Shown here in pieces: positions 58,934 to 64,000 of a stretch of 64,000 bases of DNA. The translations under genes were made by a program, and so were the position numbers. Each line of letters starts with the position of its first letter. Within the stretch, counting starts at the first letter, position 1. The DNA comes from Rhizodiscina lignyota (taxonomy: Eukaryota): NCBI GenBank assembly GCA_010015805.1, contig ML978121.1:496001-560000 (forward strand), in the 5' to 3' direction. The notes beneath the pieces are model-generated. The model worked only from the letters and a program-made list of their open reading frames with translations, ran no database searches and was not told where the DNA came from.

Positions 58934-59520
58934 ATGTTCTCCTCCATCAAGCAAGTAGCGCTTCTTGCGCTTGGCCTCAGGTACGCCACAATATGCCCCT
59001 GTTAATCGCCACAAGAGATCGCTCAGCCGACTGACAAAATTGTAGCGCCGTGAGCATGGCAGCTCCCGCCGTTGAAGACCGCTCCAGGGGCTCCTCCATC
59101 AGCAACCCTGACAAGATCCTTTTCAACGTTACCTCTGTCGCCGAGGCCTCGAGCTCTGTCGAGGTCCCCATCGGCGGTAACGTCGTCCTCCAGGAGAATG
59201 TGACCGCCATCGCGGTCGCCTCCGTCATTGTCGAGCAAGTCGGCCGTGCGACCTGCACGATCAGCACCGCCGAGGCCGAGTCCGACGTCACTGACACCAT
59301 CCTCGTTGGCTGGGAGAAGGTCTTCTCCACCACCACGAGCGCCTCTTCCTTTGTCCAGAGCATCTCTTGCACGTACTGCGAGGGTGACCGTAGGGGACAC
59401 CGCGGTTCCCATGAGTGGAAGCCCAAGCACGACAGGCACGGCGAGAACTGGAGCGGCTGGTACAAGGGCTGGAGCAACGGCTGGGGCTCCCGCAAGGGTG
59501 GCAGCTGGGGCGGCTGGTAA
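58934..59520 (+). CDS. Small secreted protein (about 173 aa) with His/Trp/Gly-rich C-terminal tail (intron 58981-59045)
   Basis: Signal peptide MFSSIKQVALLALGLS|AVSMAAPA, a beta-rich core with 3 Cys, strong C-ending codon bias, and a canonical intron (GTACGC..CTGAC..TAG). Confidence 0.85.
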
Positions 59521-60525
59521 GCGGCTCCATCATGGCCTTCGGGCCATTCGGGTTGTTAGGATGGTGAGGACGAACGTCCTCGCCTTTCCTTCTCATTGCA
59601 TCCTTCTGTTCTTCCGGAGCTGGTTGGAAGTGTAGTGATCACCCATAGCCGCATCAATGCCCTGGATAGTGTTTTCGCTTCTTGGTACAGCCCTTTGGGC
59701 TCATAGCTTAGAGTTCACGGTGGTAGAGCACGGCCATTGCATCACATGGAGTTGGGTCTTCACGGTCTTTCCGGCCTTTCGTACTTGTTACCTTTTTACC
59801 ATAAAACTATAAAATCTAATTGACTATTTTACCCGGAGGGACTGACAGTGCACTAATATGAGATTAACAATGCCCGACTTCGAACAACAGATCATGATAC
59901 TAACCGAGGGTGCTACAAGTTGATTCGTCTCATTTTTTGCATCTTACCTAACAATCTCTTCACATCCTTATCATGTTCACCACGTGAGGTCGGAATTGGG
60001 CGTCTCGCCCAAAACTTCTATACGTAGAGAATCACCCATGCGGTCATACGGACCGTAAGCGGGCTTCTTTCTAGCTTTGGTACACACGCTACATGGGTCG
60101 AAATCCCTTCAGAGCCGCACCTAACCTATCACCATTTTGCGAACTTCCTCATGCAGCGTAGCACGCAACCCCGACTTGCCAAGTCGCGCGCAAATAAGCC
60201 GACTCCGCCAATGGCTCCGCTGTCCACTTCGTGGGACGCTCGTACTGCGGACGATCACCAGAGTTCAGGAGCACGTTGTTGCAGTGCCAAGACGCGACAA
60301 GACTCGCGATGAAACAAAGAGCAAGGATTTTGATAGAGGAGAAGCTCGGTGATCCGAACTCCGAAGGTGATATGGATGAATAGAGACACCGGGAGTGCAC
60401 TGGAAGAGGTTAACAGAGGGGACTTGTCGGCAATGGACGTGCATCTGCGAGAAGAAGATATGTACTCGGTGTTTCCTGGTGGATGAGGACGCACAGGAAA
60501 TCTTGCTTCCAAACTTTCGCCCAGC

Positions 60526-62437
60526 ATGGCGACCGGAGATCATGAGCTGCAAGTCGCTGAGTGAGTCCTGACAAGCTTTCTCTCCAATCCGACAAGCAAA
60601 TACTAATGACGCCTTCAGCCTTCATCAGAGGCTTAGCGTTGATGATGCAGTCGACCCAAATCGCCGCCATTCAGACGTCTTTGGCGGCGAGCTGCCCCCG
60701 CAGGAGAAAGAAGTCACTGTCGACCTGAAAGATGACAAGGAGACAGCTTCTGCCACTGCCGACGTTGCGGATGAAAAGGCCGCCCTCGAGACGCCCGACG
60801 GCGAAGAGCCAACGGAACACGAGAACAGGCACCTCCGCCATGTGTCTGAGAAGTTTCCGCTCGCCATTTTCTTGGTGGCTTTTATCGAGCTCTGTGAGCG
60901 CTTCACGTACTATGGCATCAGCGGCCTCTTCCAAAACTACGCTCAACGCCCTCTCGACGGCAGCGAAGGACGAGGAGCGCTGGGAATGGGCCACCAAGGC
61001 GCCACGGGCTTGACGACATTCTTCCAGTTCTGGTGCTATGTCACTCCAATCATCGGTGCTATCATCGCAGACCAGTATCTCGGGCGATATCTGACGATTC
61101 TTATATTCTGCGTCGTGTACATCGTTGGCCTCCTCATTCTCTTCTTGACTTCTCTCCCAGTCGCGCTGCAGCATGGCGCTGGTCTCGGCGGCTTCATCAC
61201 CGCCGTCATCGTCATCGGCTTGGGCACGGGCGGCATCAAGTCCAATGTCGCGCCTCTCATTGCAGACCAATACAAACGGCGCAATATGGCCGTCCACACG
61301 CTCGCAAAGACCGGCGAGCGCGTGATTCTAGACCCGAACCTAACGATCCAGCGCATTTACATGCTCTTCTACTTCTGCATCAACATCGGATGTCTGGCTC
61401 TGCTTGCGACCCCGTATATGGAGCGCCTCGTTGGCTTCTGGTCTGCCTACCTCCTCGGCTTCCTCATGTTCCTCTGCGGTCTTGCCGTCCTGGTTCTCGG
61501 CAAGAAACTCTACACCGTCACACCGCCGCAAGGCTCCGTCATCACAGACGCGTTCAGGGCGATGTGGATCATGATCCGCAACCGCAACAGCGACGCTCCA
61601 AAACCCTCGTTTACTGGCCAGCGCGTTGGTAACCCGAATATTCGCTGGGACGACAAGTTCATCGACGAACTGAAGCGTGCGTTGATTGCTTGCAGAGTGT
61701 TCGTGTTTTACCCGATATACTGGGTGTGCTATGGCCAATTTTCGGGGAACTTCGTCTCCCAAGGTACGTCGTTTCTTCCGTCCTGTCCATCTTCATGGCG
61801 TCTGTTATCCTCTTGAAGCTCATACCACTCCACAGCCGGCCAAATGCGCGGCCACGGCATCCCAAACGACCTAATGCAGAACTTCGACCCCATCGCCATC
61901 ATCGTGTTCGTCCCCCTCCTCGACCGCCTCATCTACCCTCTCCTCCTGCGCCTGCGCATCCGCTACCCGCCCATCAACCGCATCACTACGGGCTTCTGGG
62001 TCGCGGGGCTGGCGATGGCGTACGCGGCCATCGTGCAGCACATCATCTACACCAAGCCGCCGTGCTACTCCGCCCCCCTCTGCGACGCGTCCCTGGACGC
62101 GAGCGGCGTCGCGCAGGGCAACAACGTGCACATTGCCATCCAGGCGCCGGCATACATGCTGATCGGGATCAGCGAGGTGTTTGCGAGCGTGACGGGGCTG
62201 GAGTACGCGTACACGAAGGCGCCGCCGAGCATGAAGAGCTTCGTGCAGAGCATGTATCTGCTGACGAATGCGTTTGGGAGTGCGATTGGCGAGGCGTTGG
62301 TGCCGGTGTTGGTGGATCCGAAGGTGCTGTGGATGTATGTCGGGCTGGCATTTACGAGCTTTATTACTGGCTGCGTTGTGTGGTTGTTGTTCCATAAGTA
62401 CAACAAGACGGAGGAAGAACTTAATGCTCTGGGGTAG
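60526..62437 (+). CDS. PTR2: POT/PTR family di/tripeptide transporter (introns 60561-60618, 61764-61835)
   Basis: ELCERFTYYG (ExxERFxYYG), GAIIADQYLGRY, GLGTGGIKSNVAPLIADQY, FYFCINIG, GLEYAYTKAPPSMKS. Confidence 0.93.
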
Positions 62438-62821
62438 AAAAGGCGTTTGATGGACGCTGGCAAGAAGGAAACGAAATACTGGACATGACTACAATAGCAG
62501 AGAATATCAATTCTTCGGCATGACTTACCGTAACAGAGACGCATCTGGGTGTTAACTCATGTGTGCCAAAAGGCGATCCCTACGGTCGCTTTGGACAGTG
62601 GTGTCGGGAAACAGTCACGGTGTCAAAACTGGACAATTGGAACATGTGTTTTGGAGGTAGAAAACCTCAGCCCGTAGGCGTGATCATTTCATTGAATGAA
62701 GCGATAAGCATGATGCAAGCTATATGCAAGTCCGTCCCAGCCTCATCATGATCCCATCATAATTCCGTTGAGGCGCCAAAATGCAGTGTGAAGAGAAGAA
62801 GAAACCCGCCAGAAATCGCAT

Positions 62822-63854
<1,033 letters not shown>

Positions 63855-63985
63855 GGTGCTGGTGTATGTGTGTGAGGCTCTGAAGAGGTTTAAGTGTGGA
63901 TATGGTATGTGGGCTTTGAAGCTCAGAGTTTTGCGAGTGGAAGGTGAGTTGTAGGAAGGAGGGTGGGAGCAGGTAGTGCTGAGGA

Positions 63986-63992
63986 TTATATA
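63986..63992 (-). promoter_or_regulatory. TATA box upstream of polyubiquitin
   Basis: TATATAA on the minus strand about 130 nt upstream of the ATG, followed by a pyrimidine-rich leader. Confidence 0.5.
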
Positions 63993-64000
63993 CCGCTGGG

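Overview
Eukaryotic DNA from a filamentous ascomycete (Pezizomycotina, probably a Dothideomycete; inferred from short GT-AG introns with CTRAC-type branch points and from gene content). It holds about 21 protein-coding genes, most with introns whose boundaries I reconstructed by hand, plus one pseudogene. The housekeeping backbone is MCU, an ENA P-type ATPase, a Pho85-type cyclin, RIB3, an aldo-keto reductase, a Zn2Cys6-like factor, CDC4, HOP1, PTR2 and tetra-ubiquitin. Accessory modules stand out. (1) A divergent pair of a PTS1-less uricase and an FAD-dependent monooxygenase shares a promoter with a perfect UaY-type TCGG-N6-CCGA palindrome, a candidate undescribed purine/urate-derivative catabolic unit. 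(2) An arsenic-resistance cluster contains a Cys-rich non-Yap bZIP factor, an internally deleted arsH relic, an MCT-type MFS transporter, and a head-to-head ACR2-like reductase/ACR3 exporter pair. (3) There are two immunity/allorecognition-type genes: a HeLo-like-ankyrin protein lacking a NOD, and a HET-6-like protein. (4) A small secreted protein ends in a His/Trp/Gly-rich tail. I saw no rRNA, tRNA, CRISPR array or intact transposon. All family assignments are from recalled motifs; no database search was run.
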